Shown here: positions 8,089-15,967 of the stretch, one piece after another | Position numbering within the stretch: the stretch's first letter is position 1 | Layout: each line of letters begins with the position of its first letter | IMG/VR virus record: IMGVR_UViG_3300046718_000884 | Strand: one strand, 5' to 3' | Source of the DNA: an uncultured virus (IMG/VR IMGVR_UViG_3300046718_000884) | Lineage: Duplodnaviria > Heunggongvirae > Uroviricota > Caudoviricetes | Length of the DNA stretch: 20,000 bases | The notes under the pieces: model-generated | The model's input: only the letters and a program-made list of their open reading frames with translations | What the model was told of the DNA's origin: nothing | Databases searched by the model: none | Translations under genes and position numbers: made by a program

Positions 8089-8202
8089 GGCCAGCCTCCC
8101 TAACCGATACGTCCCCCTCAACGGGCCACGGGTTCCCGCTCATTGGACGCCGGCATGGGCAAAGTCAGTCAGGCTGAAAGTGTTTAATGACTAAGGTTGG
8201 CC
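8089..8202 (+). ncRNA. Candidate structured ncRNA
   Basis: Closing stem 8089-8097/8194-8202 with nested helices. Possible promoter TTGATC(8059)-17 bp-GCTACA(8082). Confidence 0.35.
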
Positions 8203-8211
8203 GCGCCCACC

Positions 8212-11200
8212 CTACGCATTCCCCGCCTTCTTCGCCGTCTTCGCCCGCTTGGCGCCGCGCAGCTTGCGCGCGGCCTTGGGCTTAGGCGGCGCCGGCAGGC
8301 CGTCCTCCGGCTTGTCCACGCCACCGGCCAGCTCCCAGATCGCCTGCTGGGTCCTGGCGAGGTCGCGCTCGCCGGCGTGATACTCGCGCCACAGCGCCCG
8401 CACACCGCGCACGGTGTTTTTCGTCATCCGGCTGTCGAATAGCTTACGCTTCATCTCCCAGGTGACCGACTGCAGCACGCGCGGTGCCACGCCCAGCTCG
8501 TCGCCCAGCTCGCGGTAGGCGTCGCCCCAGAGCGGGTAGGTGCCCTGCGAGCCGGTGGTGCCCGAGCCGCTGGCGCCCTCAAATCCGACCTCGCGCTTGT
8601 CCTTCTCCGGCGAGGTCTTGAGCGACTGCGCCACCGAGGTGCTGAGCGAGGTCGACGGGAACAGCAGCGCGGCACCGATCGCGTGGGTGTCCATGGTGAC
8701 GTCGCCGTTGGTCGCGGGCGGGTCGAGGATGTTGTTGTAGAACGAGCGCACCTTGTGCAGGTCGCCCATACTGAGGCTGATCGCCTCGCGGTTGCCGCCG
8801 GATTCCAGCGCGGTGATGGCGTTGCTGATCGAGTTCAGGTTCTGCCACGCGTTCTTGGCGCGCGAGCCGTCGAGATTATACCAGGGGCCGAGCACCTTGC
8901 CGTCCGGCGTCAGCCGGTTGTAGCCCTGCGCCGGATCGTGCGCCTCGTCATACGTCCTGATCCACATCGCCTTCTCGGCGGGCAATTGCAGCTCGCCCAG
9001 GGTCTTGCCCTGGACGCGCGCCAGCAGCGGGGCGTAGTCGGGCTTCGCCCAGATCTTGCGCGCCTTGGCGCTCATCTCCTCGGACCACGCGGTGTCCTGG
9101 TGATGGAAATAGATGTCGAGCAGCGCGTCGCCCTGCTTGACGTTCTGTGCCCACAGCTTCTGCGGTGACAGCGCTGCGTAGACGCCGGCGGCGCTGGCCA
9201 GCGGGATGTCGTATTCCTTCGCCTTGGCGGCGGCGAAGTCATGCGCGCCCTCATACCATTTCGGTCCCTGCTCGCGCAGGCCCGACGGCGCGTGCTCCCA
9301 CAGGAAGCGCAGGTTCGACTTGGCGAGGTCGATCGCCGCGCGCGCCATCTCCTTCGGCGACTTGCCGGCCAGATCGGCCTCGCGGAGCTGCGGATAGGCG
9401 TTGGGGTTCTGCAGCAGCTTCATGTTGGCCTTGAAGACCCGCTCGTCCTCTTCCATGCCCTTGAGGTCGGCGCGGCGGTATTTGTCGCCCTCGACGGCCT
9501 CGACCACGGTCGGGCGGCGCGTGGAGATGGTCGCGGGATGGCTGCCCTCGGCGACCCCGGGCAGCGGCGTGGTGGTCTCTTCCTTGGGATACTCGGTTAT
9601 TTCGAAGGCTTGGCCATAGGTAGGCCGTATGCTTTTCCAGACGTCGGCAACGTCCGGAACCCCAGAGCCTTTAATGATTCTGCCGTAGGCGAGCTGGGCT
9701 TCGTGTCGCTGTTCTTGTCCGGTGGTTCCGGGGTTGTCGCCGACGAGGAACTTGGCGCGTCCGGGTTGGTCGGTGGGGGTTGTGCCATAGCGCTGCGCTG
9801 CCTTCGCGACTGCCTGAGATGTTGCCTCGCCGCTGTCGCCCATGTCGACGGCGTAGATCGTGGCACCCTCTTGTGTGGGAACGATGGTGTGGAATGCAAC
9901 ACCGTCTTCCAGCAGATCCTGATGGATCTTCTCCACCGAGCCGGTGGCGTGGAAGCTGTAGAGGTGCTGGTTGCCCTCGCCCTCTTGGAACACCAAGGCG
10001 TCCTTCTGGTTCGCCAGATGCGCCTTCATCGCGGTGGCGACCTCGATCTGCTCCCAGCTCGCGCCATCCATCTCGGTCATCACGCTGTTCTCGGCGCCGT
10101 CCGACCACGCGCCGATCGCCGGGTGGCTGGTGCTGGTCAGCCCGAGCTTCTGGTCGATCTCGCGCGACGCGGTCTCCAGCAGGCGCTGGCGCTCTGAATG
10201 CAATCCCGCCGAGGCCTGGGAGAGGTCAAGGTGCTCGGCGACCGACGGCGAGTAGAACTCCACCGCATGGTGCGCCGGCGGCGGTGTAGCTGCGACTGTA
10301 GATACCGAACGGATCGGCGTAGGCGTAAATGTGGGCGTAGATGTGGGTGTAAATGTGGGCGTAGATACAGCACGGGCCGCCTCGGTGGCGGTGTGCCGCT
10401 CTGGCGCGGCAGCGGGCGCAGCATGCGCGGGCGCCTCGGCTTTCGGCTTGGCGCCACCCCCACCCGGGCCGAACTCGCCGGCGTTCTCCGGCTGACCGCG
10501 CGGGTGTTTCGACGGGTCCCACTCGGCGTCCTGCGCGTGCTGGGCGCCAAGCCTCTCCCACACCACCTGGGCCGATGGCGCAGCACTGCCGCCCGCCTCA
10601 AATTCGCCGCCACGGTCGCTGAGCGAGTAGTTGCCGGCGTCGAACACCGCGACCTTGCCGCGCCAGACCTCTAGGATCTCGTCCTTGCCGACCGCGCGAT
10701 TGACGCCGATCTCGCTCTCGCCGGTGCCCTTTACCCGGGTCTCGTGCTCTGGGTCGACGCGCTTGGCGACCATGACGTAGCAGGGCTTTTCGAAGGTCGG
10801 CTTGTGCTCCGGTGGCGCAAAGCTGTTGGCGTAGCTCTCCGCCTGATCAGGCTGGGACGACCAGTAGGTCAGGCCTTCCTGGCCGGCCATGTTATAGTCC
10901 GACACCGATTTGATCTGGCCGGTCTTCTGGAAGCTGGCGAACTCGTCGGCATCCATGCCGCGATACATATGCTCGGGGTTGGCCTCGATCGGCAGCTCGC
11001 TCGGCAGATCGCCCTTCACCGTGGCGATCTTGCGCGCGATCAGCGGCTCGTCCGGGTTCAGCGTCTCGACCTCGGCCAGCGCCGGATCGTATTGCGCGGT
11101 GTGCCGGCCCTCGTTGATGGTGACGATGCCCTTGGTCGGCTTGGCGGTGACGATCACCTCGTAGCGGTCACCGGATTCGAAGCCGCTCTTCTTCGCCTTG

Positions 11201-13272
11201 GTCGCGGTCATCTGGTAGCCGCCGCGATCGCTCAGGTTCTTCAGCTCGCGCGGCAGCTTGCCGTCGGGCAGGCCGGTCACACCATGGCCAGCGGTGGTCT
11301 TGGCGGCGCCACCGCCGCCTGGGCCGAACTCACCGGCATTCTCGGGTTGGCCACGTGGGTGCTCGGACGGGTCGAACGCGTCCATGGTGAAATCGATCGC
11401 GCCGTCCTGGCCCATCTTGATATGCGCCCGGTCGTTGCGACCCATATGCACGTGGATTTGCGCGTTCGGGTCGCTCGGGATGACCCTGATATGGCCGCGC
11501 CCCGGCACGTCGCCGCTGAGATCCTCGTCCTCGTCGCGCCCGCCCTTGTTGGGGTTGGGCGGCTTTGGCGATCCCGCCGGGCCGAGCTTGCCGGCACCGC
11601 TGGAAACCGGCCCAGCGCTGCCACCAGCCGGCGCGCTGGTGCCCATGCCGTGCGGGGCCGGGCTACCACCACCACCGGGCGCGCCATGCCCGCCACCGCC
11701 GCCTGGAGGCGGCACGCCGACCCCCTCGCCGCCCAGCGGGTCAGGCTCCTGATTCGGTGGCGGCGGCGCCGGGGTGTCGAGGTCGAGGCCCTGATACGGG
11801 CTGTCAGCCTCGGCGGACAGCCGCTGGCGGATCTCGTCGGGGCTGAGCACGCCGGCGTTGATATAGACCGCGTCGATGTCGGCCTGGGTTTTCTCGGCGG
11901 TGCTCTCCTCTTCCTCCGACAGCTCGCGCAGCGGCTCCCAGGCGTGGGTGATCGACGGATCGATCTCGCCGAACAGGTGAAGCTGCATCACCTTGAGGAT
12001 GGTGGTCAGGTTGGCGTCGTAGAACGACCCCTGGGCCGCGTGGATGAACTGTGCCCAGACCTGCAGCTCGCCCTCGCTGGTGGCGTTCAGCCCGCTGGGA
12101 GAAATCCCCAGCAGAACCACCAGGGGGATACCCACTGCGGACGCCATGTGCTCCTGGCTCTGCGCTTGGAGATGGTCGAGGCCGCCGAGAGGGGCAGATA
12201 CATTTTTGAAGTCCTCCGTGGTTTTGTCGAGGATCATCAGGTTGTTGTTGTCGCGCAGATAGTTGAACAGCGCGGCGCGCATCTTCAGCGAAGCTGCGCC
12301 GCCGGCGTTCATCACCGACCCCATGTTGGTCATCATCACCGGGGTGGAGAACGAATGGATCAGGTCGCTGACCGATTGTCTCGTTCGCAACCAGTTGTCG
12401 ACATAGGGCCGCGCCATCTGCGACAGCGACAGGCCGGCGAACGAATAGGCCGGCTTCAGCATATCCGGCATCTCGCGACCGATGAACGGCAGGATGCGGC
12501 TGCGATGGATCTCCTTGCCCATCACCCACCATGTCTGCGGCAGGTAGAAATCCGCCTTCAGCGGGTCATTGGCGTTGAACGCGTGCGGATAGGCCCACAT
12601 CGGCTCGACCACGCGCAGGCCCTTCAGCCCGCCCCGGATGACCACGCGCGGATCGATCGGCAGCGGCAGCCTGAGCAGATCCTGATCGTCGGTATCGCCG
12701 GTATCGATGTAGAGATGCGCGCGACCGAAGAACCCGTCGAGCAACGCAAGCAGGGTGAATTTTTCCTGCAGCTTGTGGAACTTGATCAGTTCCTCAAGTG
12801 CCTGGATCTTGTCGGTCTTGTCGTCATTGCCGGTTGCTTGCAGACGAAACCATCTACGAGTCATGTCTTTCGCGATGGTCTCGGAAATGCGGCGATATTC
12901 GGTGCGCTGCGACAGCTCCGCCAAATAAGGGAAGCCCGGCCAATACATGCCCTCGGTGATGCGTGAGTAACCCGAGTAGTCCATCGGGTTGTTGAGGCTG
13001 TCCAGCGCGAACCCGTCCGGCACCACGCCCGGCAATGGCTTGGCCGGCGCGAACAGCCGGCGTGCATCCTCGGCAGTGGCCGGGCGCGTGGTGTAGAGCT
13101 GCAGCGGTATGGCGTCGGTCGGCGCGCCGCCGTTCATCCCCATCAGCGCGTCGTAGAGCGCGCGGGCATCCATCTGCGGCGGCCTGGGCTGGTCTGGTGG
13201 TGGCGCCGGCTGCGCGCTGTCGCGCGCCAGCAGCCCCATGAACAGCCCGGTGAGGGTGGTCAGCAGCGACAT
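8212..13272 (-). CDS. Phage portal protein (DUF1073-type) fused to multiple C-terminal cargo domains, about 1686 aa
   Basis: Follows terL; GAGGGG SD before ATG 13272. Portal motifs GFPYLAELSQRTEYR, IHRSRI, WLRTRQSVSDLI, GIPLVVLLGISPSGLNATSEGE span about 11780-13000, followed by about 1190 extra aa. Confidence 0.9.
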   Translation of the reverse strand: MSLLTTLTGLFMGLLARDSAQPAPPPDQPRPPQMDARALYDALMGMNGGAPTDAIPLQLYTTRPATAEDARRLFAPAKPLPGVVPDGFALDSLNNPMDYSGYSRITEGMYWPGFPYLAELSQRTEYRRISETIAKDMTRRWFRLQATGNDDKTDKIQALEELIKFHKLQEKFTLLALLDGFFGRAHLYIDTGDTDDQDLLRLPLPIDPRVVIRGGLKGLRVVEPMWAYPHAFNANDPLKADFYLPQTWWVMGKEIHRSRILPFIGREMPDMLKPAYSFAGLSLSQMARPYVDNWLRTRQSVSDLIHSFSTPVMMTNMGSVMNAGGAASLKMRAALFNYLRDNNNLMILDKTTEDFKNVSAPLGGLDHLQAQSQEHMASAVGIPLVVLLGISPSGLNATSEGELQVWAQFIHAAQGSFYDANLTTILKVMQLHLFGEIDPSITHAWEPLRELSEEEESTAEKTQADIDAVYINAGVLSPDEIRQRLSAEADSPYQGLDLDTPAPPPPNQEPDPLGGEGVGVPPPGGGGGHGAPGGGGSPAPHGMGTSAPAGGSAGPVSSGAGKLGPAGSPKPPNPNKGGRDEDEDLSGDVPGRGHIRVIPSDPNAQIHVHMGRNDRAHIKMGQDGAIDFTMDAFDPSEHPRGQPENAGEFGPGGGGAAKTTAGHGVTGLPDGKLPRELKNLSDRGGYQMTATKAKKSGFESGDRYEVIVTAKPTKGIVTINEGRHTAQYDPALAEVETLNPDEPLIARKIATVKGDLPSELPIEANPEHMYRGMDADEFASFQKTGQIKSVSDYNMAGQEGLTYWSSQPDQAESYANSFAPPEHKPTFEKPCYVMVAKRVDPEHETRVKGTGESEIGVNRAVGKDEILEVWRGKVAVFDAGNYSLSDRGGEFEAGGSAAPSAQVVWERLGAQHAQDAEWDPSKHPRGQPENAGEFGPGGGGAKPKAEAPAHAAPAAAPERHTATEAARAVSTPTFTPTSTPTFTPTPIRSVSTVAATPPPAHHAVEFYSPSVAEHLDLSQASAGLHSERQRLLETASREIDQKLGLTSTSHPAIGAWSDGAENSVMTEMDGASWEQIEVATAMKAHLANQKDALVFQEGEGNQHLYSFHATGSVEKIHQDLLEDGVAFHTIVPTQEGATIYAVDMGDSGEATSQAVAKAAQRYGTTPTDQPGRAKFLVGDNPGTTGQEQRHEAQLAYGRIIKGSGVPDVADVWKSIRPTYGQAFEITEYPKEETTTPLPGVAEGSHPATISTRRPTVVEAVEGDKYRRADLKGMEEDERVFKANMKLLQNPNAYPQLREADLAGKSPKEMARAAIDLAKSNLRFLWEHAPSGLREQGPKWYEGAHDFAAAKAKEYDIPLASAAGVYAALSPQKLWAQNVKQGDALLDIYFHHQDTAWSEEMSAKARKIWAKPDYAPLLARVQGKTLGELQLPAEKAMWIRTYDEAHDPAQGYNRLTPDGKVLGPWYNLDGSRAKNAWQNLNSISNAITALESGGNREAISLSMGDLHKVRSFYNNILDPPATNGDVTMDTHAIGAALLFPSTSLSTSVAQSLKTSPEKDKREVGFEGASGSGTTGSQGTYPLWGDAYRELGDELGVAPRVLQSVTWEMKRKLFDSRMTKNTVRGVRALWREYHAGERDLARTQQAIWELAGGVDKPEDGLPAPPKPKAARKLRGAKRAKTAKKAGNA
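10325..10366 (-). repeat. 12-bp tandem repeat (about 3.5 copies) encoding a TPTF/TPTS linker in the portal fusion
   Basis: GTA(A/G)ATGTGGG(C/T) x3 plus GTAGAT on the plus strand. Confidence 0.85.
10453..11385 (-). repeat. Two copies of a peptide tag (about 10453-10533 and 11308-11385)
   Basis: MDAFDPSEHPRGQPENAGEFGPGGGGA and QDAEWDPSKHPRGQPENAGEFGPGGGGA: near-identical protein, synonymous differences in DNA. Confidence 0.92.
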
Positions 13273-13282
13273 GGCGACCCCC

Positions 13283-14713
13283 TCAATGGAAGGGTTGGGT
13301 ATCCGGCGGCACGTGAACGCCGAGCCGGCGCAATTCGTCTGGGTCAAATCGCATCGGCGGCTGCTGGGCGATGCCGTTGAAGGCACGGCTCGTCGCGTCA
13401 GCGTCGTCGTCGTGCGCGCCGAGCGGGAAGTTTTCCAGCTCGGTGAACCAGCGCTCGTTCCAGCGCCCGCGCAGCACCAGGATGTTGCCGACCTCGGCCT
13501 GCGCCGAGAACGGCCCGAAGCGGGTGATCTTGTCGCCGGACTCGGGTGAGCTGACGGCGGTGTAGCCGGCCAGCAGCCGCACCAGGGCGGCAACCTGGGC
13601 CTTACCCGCCTGTCCCGGGTCCTGCGGCAGGTCGATCGTGCAGTCGAAACCGTCGGCGCTGGCGTAGTTCAGGATGCGCCGCTCGACCTCGGCGGGGGTG
13701 CCGCGAAACGCGTCGGCGTGCAGCACGATCCAGTGGCCTTCATGGGTGAAGCCGAGCTTCACGCACGTGGTCCAGTCGGGATCGGAGTAGTCTTCTTGCT
13801 CGCTGGCCGCGAGATCCCAGCCGCGCACCAGCTTGGTGCAGACCGGCATGATGTCGACCACCTTGCACCACGAGCGGTTGAAATACAGGCCAGCCGACGG
13901 CACGATCTTCCAGTTGCCGTTGAGCAGCCGCTCGCGCTCGACCGCCGGCAGCATCATCAGGTTGCCGACATAGTTCGGATCGGCCCGCGTCAGCGCCGGG
14001 TTGTCGGCCAGCTTGGCCGAGATGAACGTCAGGCTCTTGATGGTGTTCTCGTCCTGCCCGGTCGCCACCATCGCCGCGCGCTTGCTGTCGAACCACATCA
14101 GCTCGTCGGCGGCGCCGCGCACGAAATACCGCACCACGCCGGAGCGCTCGGGCAGCGGGTAGCCGGTGTCGGGATTGATCCACCACTCGATCAACTTGGC
14201 GACCCAGGACGAGGCATCCGCGTTGCAGGTCGCGCGTATATACGGACGTATACCTGAGCGGGAGCGGTTGCGGGAGAACAGATACCAGAACTGGTACTGA
14301 GTGAACGTGGTCAGCTCATCGAAGCCGATGAACGCGCACTGCGCGCCGTGCCAGTCGAGCACGGTGGTCTCGTGCTCCAGATGCGCCATCTTGACCATGC
14401 CGTATTCCGGCCAGACCCATTCAAAGCGGTGGCTGATCGGGATGGCGTCAGAGAGCGGATAGAGCTTCATCGATTCCGCCCACAGCCCGCCAGGGCGGCG
14501 CAGGTCGACGGTCGAGCGGCGGAACACCACGGCGTCGAACCCGGCGACCGTCGAGGCGTAGCGCATCGCCTCCAGCAGCAGCGCGAAGCTCTTGCCCGAG
14601 CCGGCGGCGCCGCCATAGATCACCACGTCAGCCGACGCGGCCAGGAAGGTCTCCTGCGGCCCGGGCTGCGGGCGGATGTCGAGGTCGTCATCGTCGTCCA
14701 GGGCGGCGCTCAT
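13283..14713 (-). CDS. terL: Terminase large subunit
   Basis: PQPGPQ Q-motif, Walker A GGAAGSGKS, Walker B IGFDELT, RATCN; nuclease motifs GWDLAAS and HDDDADATS. Confidence 0.95.
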   Translation of the reverse strand: MSAALDDDDDLDIRPQPGPQETFLAASADVVIYGGAAGSGKSFALLLEAMRYASTVAGFDAVVFRRSTVDLRRPGGLWAESMKLYPLSDAIPISHRFEWVWPEYGMVKMAHLEHETTVLDWHGAQCAFIGFDELTTFTQYQFWYLFSRNRSRSGIRPYIRATCNADASSWVAKLIEWWINPDTGYPLPERSGVVRYFVRGAADELMWFDSKRAAMVATGQDENTIKSLTFISAKLADNPALTRADPNYVGNLMMLPAVERERLLNGNWKIVPSAGLYFNRSWCKVVDIMPVCTKLVRGWDLAASEQEDYSDPDWTTCVKLGFTHEGHWIVLHADAFRGTPAEVERRILNYASADGFDCTIDLPQDPGQAGKAQVAALVRLLAGYTAVSSPESGDKITRFGPFSAQAEVGNILVLRGRWNERWFTELENFPLGAHDDDADATSRAFNGIAQQPPMRFDPDELRRLGVHVPPDTQPFH

Positions 14714-15222
14714 GCCACGTCGGCCTCGCCCTCGATCACCGGCGGCTCAGGCGTCTCTGGGCGGTCCCTGCCGTTCTCCGGCACGTAGAACCGCACCTTG
14801 CGCCCCGCCGTGTCGGACGAGGGGGTGGCGAAGGCGGCGGCCTCGGCGGTGGCGTCCTTGGTGTTCAGCCGCCACTCCGGCCCGCCATGCGTCATCAGCC
14901 AGTAGCGCGCGGCGTTCATGTTGCCCTTCATCGCCTTGCGCAGCACGGATAGCCCGACGCGGGCGACCATGTGCGCCCGGCCATGGGCGATCTCGGCGGC
15001 GTAGTGCCGATCGAGCGTGCGGGTGCCGATGTCGAGCGACAGCGCGATGATGTGGAACGGCACCTGATTGGCCACCAGCATCGCGACGACCTCGCGCTGG
15101 CGCGCGGTGGGCACGTATTTCACCTTACGGCTCAGCGCCGGCCTCAGCACCACCGGTGGCGCGCCCGGCCCGTCGTCCGGTTCGTCGTCCGGTTCGTCGT
15201 CCGGCGCCAGATTTTCATCCAT
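14710..15222 (-). CDS. terS: Probable terminase small subunit
   Basis: ATGA-coupled to terL; HTH-like IIALSLDIGTRTLDRHY, A..GNMNAARYWL and C-terminal FYVPENGR. Start at 15222 has GAGG upstream. Confidence 0.8.
   Translation of the reverse strand: MDENLAPDDEPDDEPDDGPGAPPVVLRPALSRKVKYVPTARQREVVAMLVANQVPFHIIALSLDIGTRTLDRHYAAEIAHGRAHMVARVGLSVLRKAMKGNMNAARYWLMTHGGPEWRLNTKDATAEAAAFATPSSDTAGRKVRFYVPENGRDRPETPEPPVIEGEADVA
15171..15204 (-). repeat. 12-bp tandem repeat encoding PDDE in the terS N-terminus
   Basis: CGTCGTCCGGTT, about 2.8 copies. Confidence 0.8.
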
Positions 15223-15240
15223 CGCGGCCTCATAAAATTG

Positions 15241-15271
15241 TCTTGACATCATCGGTCAAGAGCATTAAATG
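15241..15271. promoter_or_regulatory. Promoter/operator copy 5 at the divergence of terS and the right-hand operon
   Basis: TCTTGAC-atcatcg-GTCAAGA (15241-15261). TTGACA 15243-15248, 17 bp spacer, TAAATG. Confidence 0.82.
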
Positions 15272-15298
15272 TTCCTTGCAACCCCAAGGAATATCCCC

Positions 15299-15931
15299 GT
15301 GACCTACCGTGACTCCCTCGACGCCCTCGCCGCCGCGCTGCCTAAGCTGGGCGCGAAGGACGCCGATTTCGCCAACTCGCTGCTGGCGCAGGCGCAGAAC
15401 CACGCGACCATGCACGGCTACCCACCGCTGTCGGGCAAGCAGTGGTATTGGGTGCGGAAGCTGGCCGAGAAGGCCAACGCCACCGCGCCCGCCGCCACCA
15501 ACGTGGGCGATTTCAGCGCCGTGATCGAGCTGTTCAAGACCGCCGGGGAGCACCTGAAATACCCCAAGGTCAGGCTGCAGCTTGAGGACGGCTCGCCCGT
15601 CGTGCTGTCGGTGGCCGGTCCCGCCGCGAGGCTGCCCGGCACGGTCAACCTGACCGACGGCAAGCCCTACGGCCAGAACACGTGGTTCGGCAGGGTGGAC
15701 CCCGCCACCGGCGCCTGGGAGCCGTCCAGCAAGGTCGACGCCCAGACCACCACGGCGATCACCGCGCTCCTGGCGAACTTCGCCAAGGACCCCGCCAAGG
15801 TCGCCAGCCTCTACGGCCAGCTCACCGGCAACTGCTGCTTCTGCTCCAAGGAGCTGACCGACCAAAGATCCGTTACGGTCGGTTATGGACCTGTGTGCGC
15901 AAAGCACTACTCGCTGCCCTGGGGGGAGTGA
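15299..15931 (+). CDS. DUF6011-domain (Cys4 zinc-binding) protein
   Basis: C-terminal CCFCSKELTDQRSVTVGYGPVCA. AAGGA SD precedes GTG 15299 (alternative ATG at 15269). Confidence 0.82.
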   Translation: MTYRDSLDALAAALPKLGAKDADFANSLLAQAQNHATMHGYPPLSGKQWYWVRKLAEKANATAPAATNVGDFSAVIELFKTAGEHLKYPKVRLQLEDGSPVVLSVAGPAARLPGTVNLTDGKPYGQNTWFGRVDPATGAWEPSSKVDAQTTTAITALLANFAKDPAKVASLYGQLTGNCCFCSKELTDQRSVTVGYGPVCAKHYSLPWGE

Positions 15932-15967
15932 TCCCCCCGCCTGCCCCCAACCCCACGGAGAACCCCG

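Noticed and set aside
9241..10197. 318-aa plus-strand ORF
   Set aside because: Antisense shadow of the portal fusion; no SD or motifs.
10226..10561. Alternative-frame ORF with IYAHIYTHIYAH repeats and high GC3
   Set aside because: Explained by the shifted reading of Thr/Pro/Ser codons in the 12-bp linker repeat.
8212..11780. Portal extension as an intein or group I/II intron
   Set aside because: No C/S...HN splice motifs, LAGLIDADG/HNH or reverse transcriptase motifs; the extension is terminal, not inserted.
10744..12966. 740-aa plus-strand ORF
   Set aside because: Antisense shadow of the GC3-rich portal gene with no recognisable motifs.
13273..13593. 107-aa N-terminal extension of the portal ORF in the ORF track
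   Set aside because: Overlaps terL out of frame with nonsense-like composition; the SD and ATG at 13272 give a better start.
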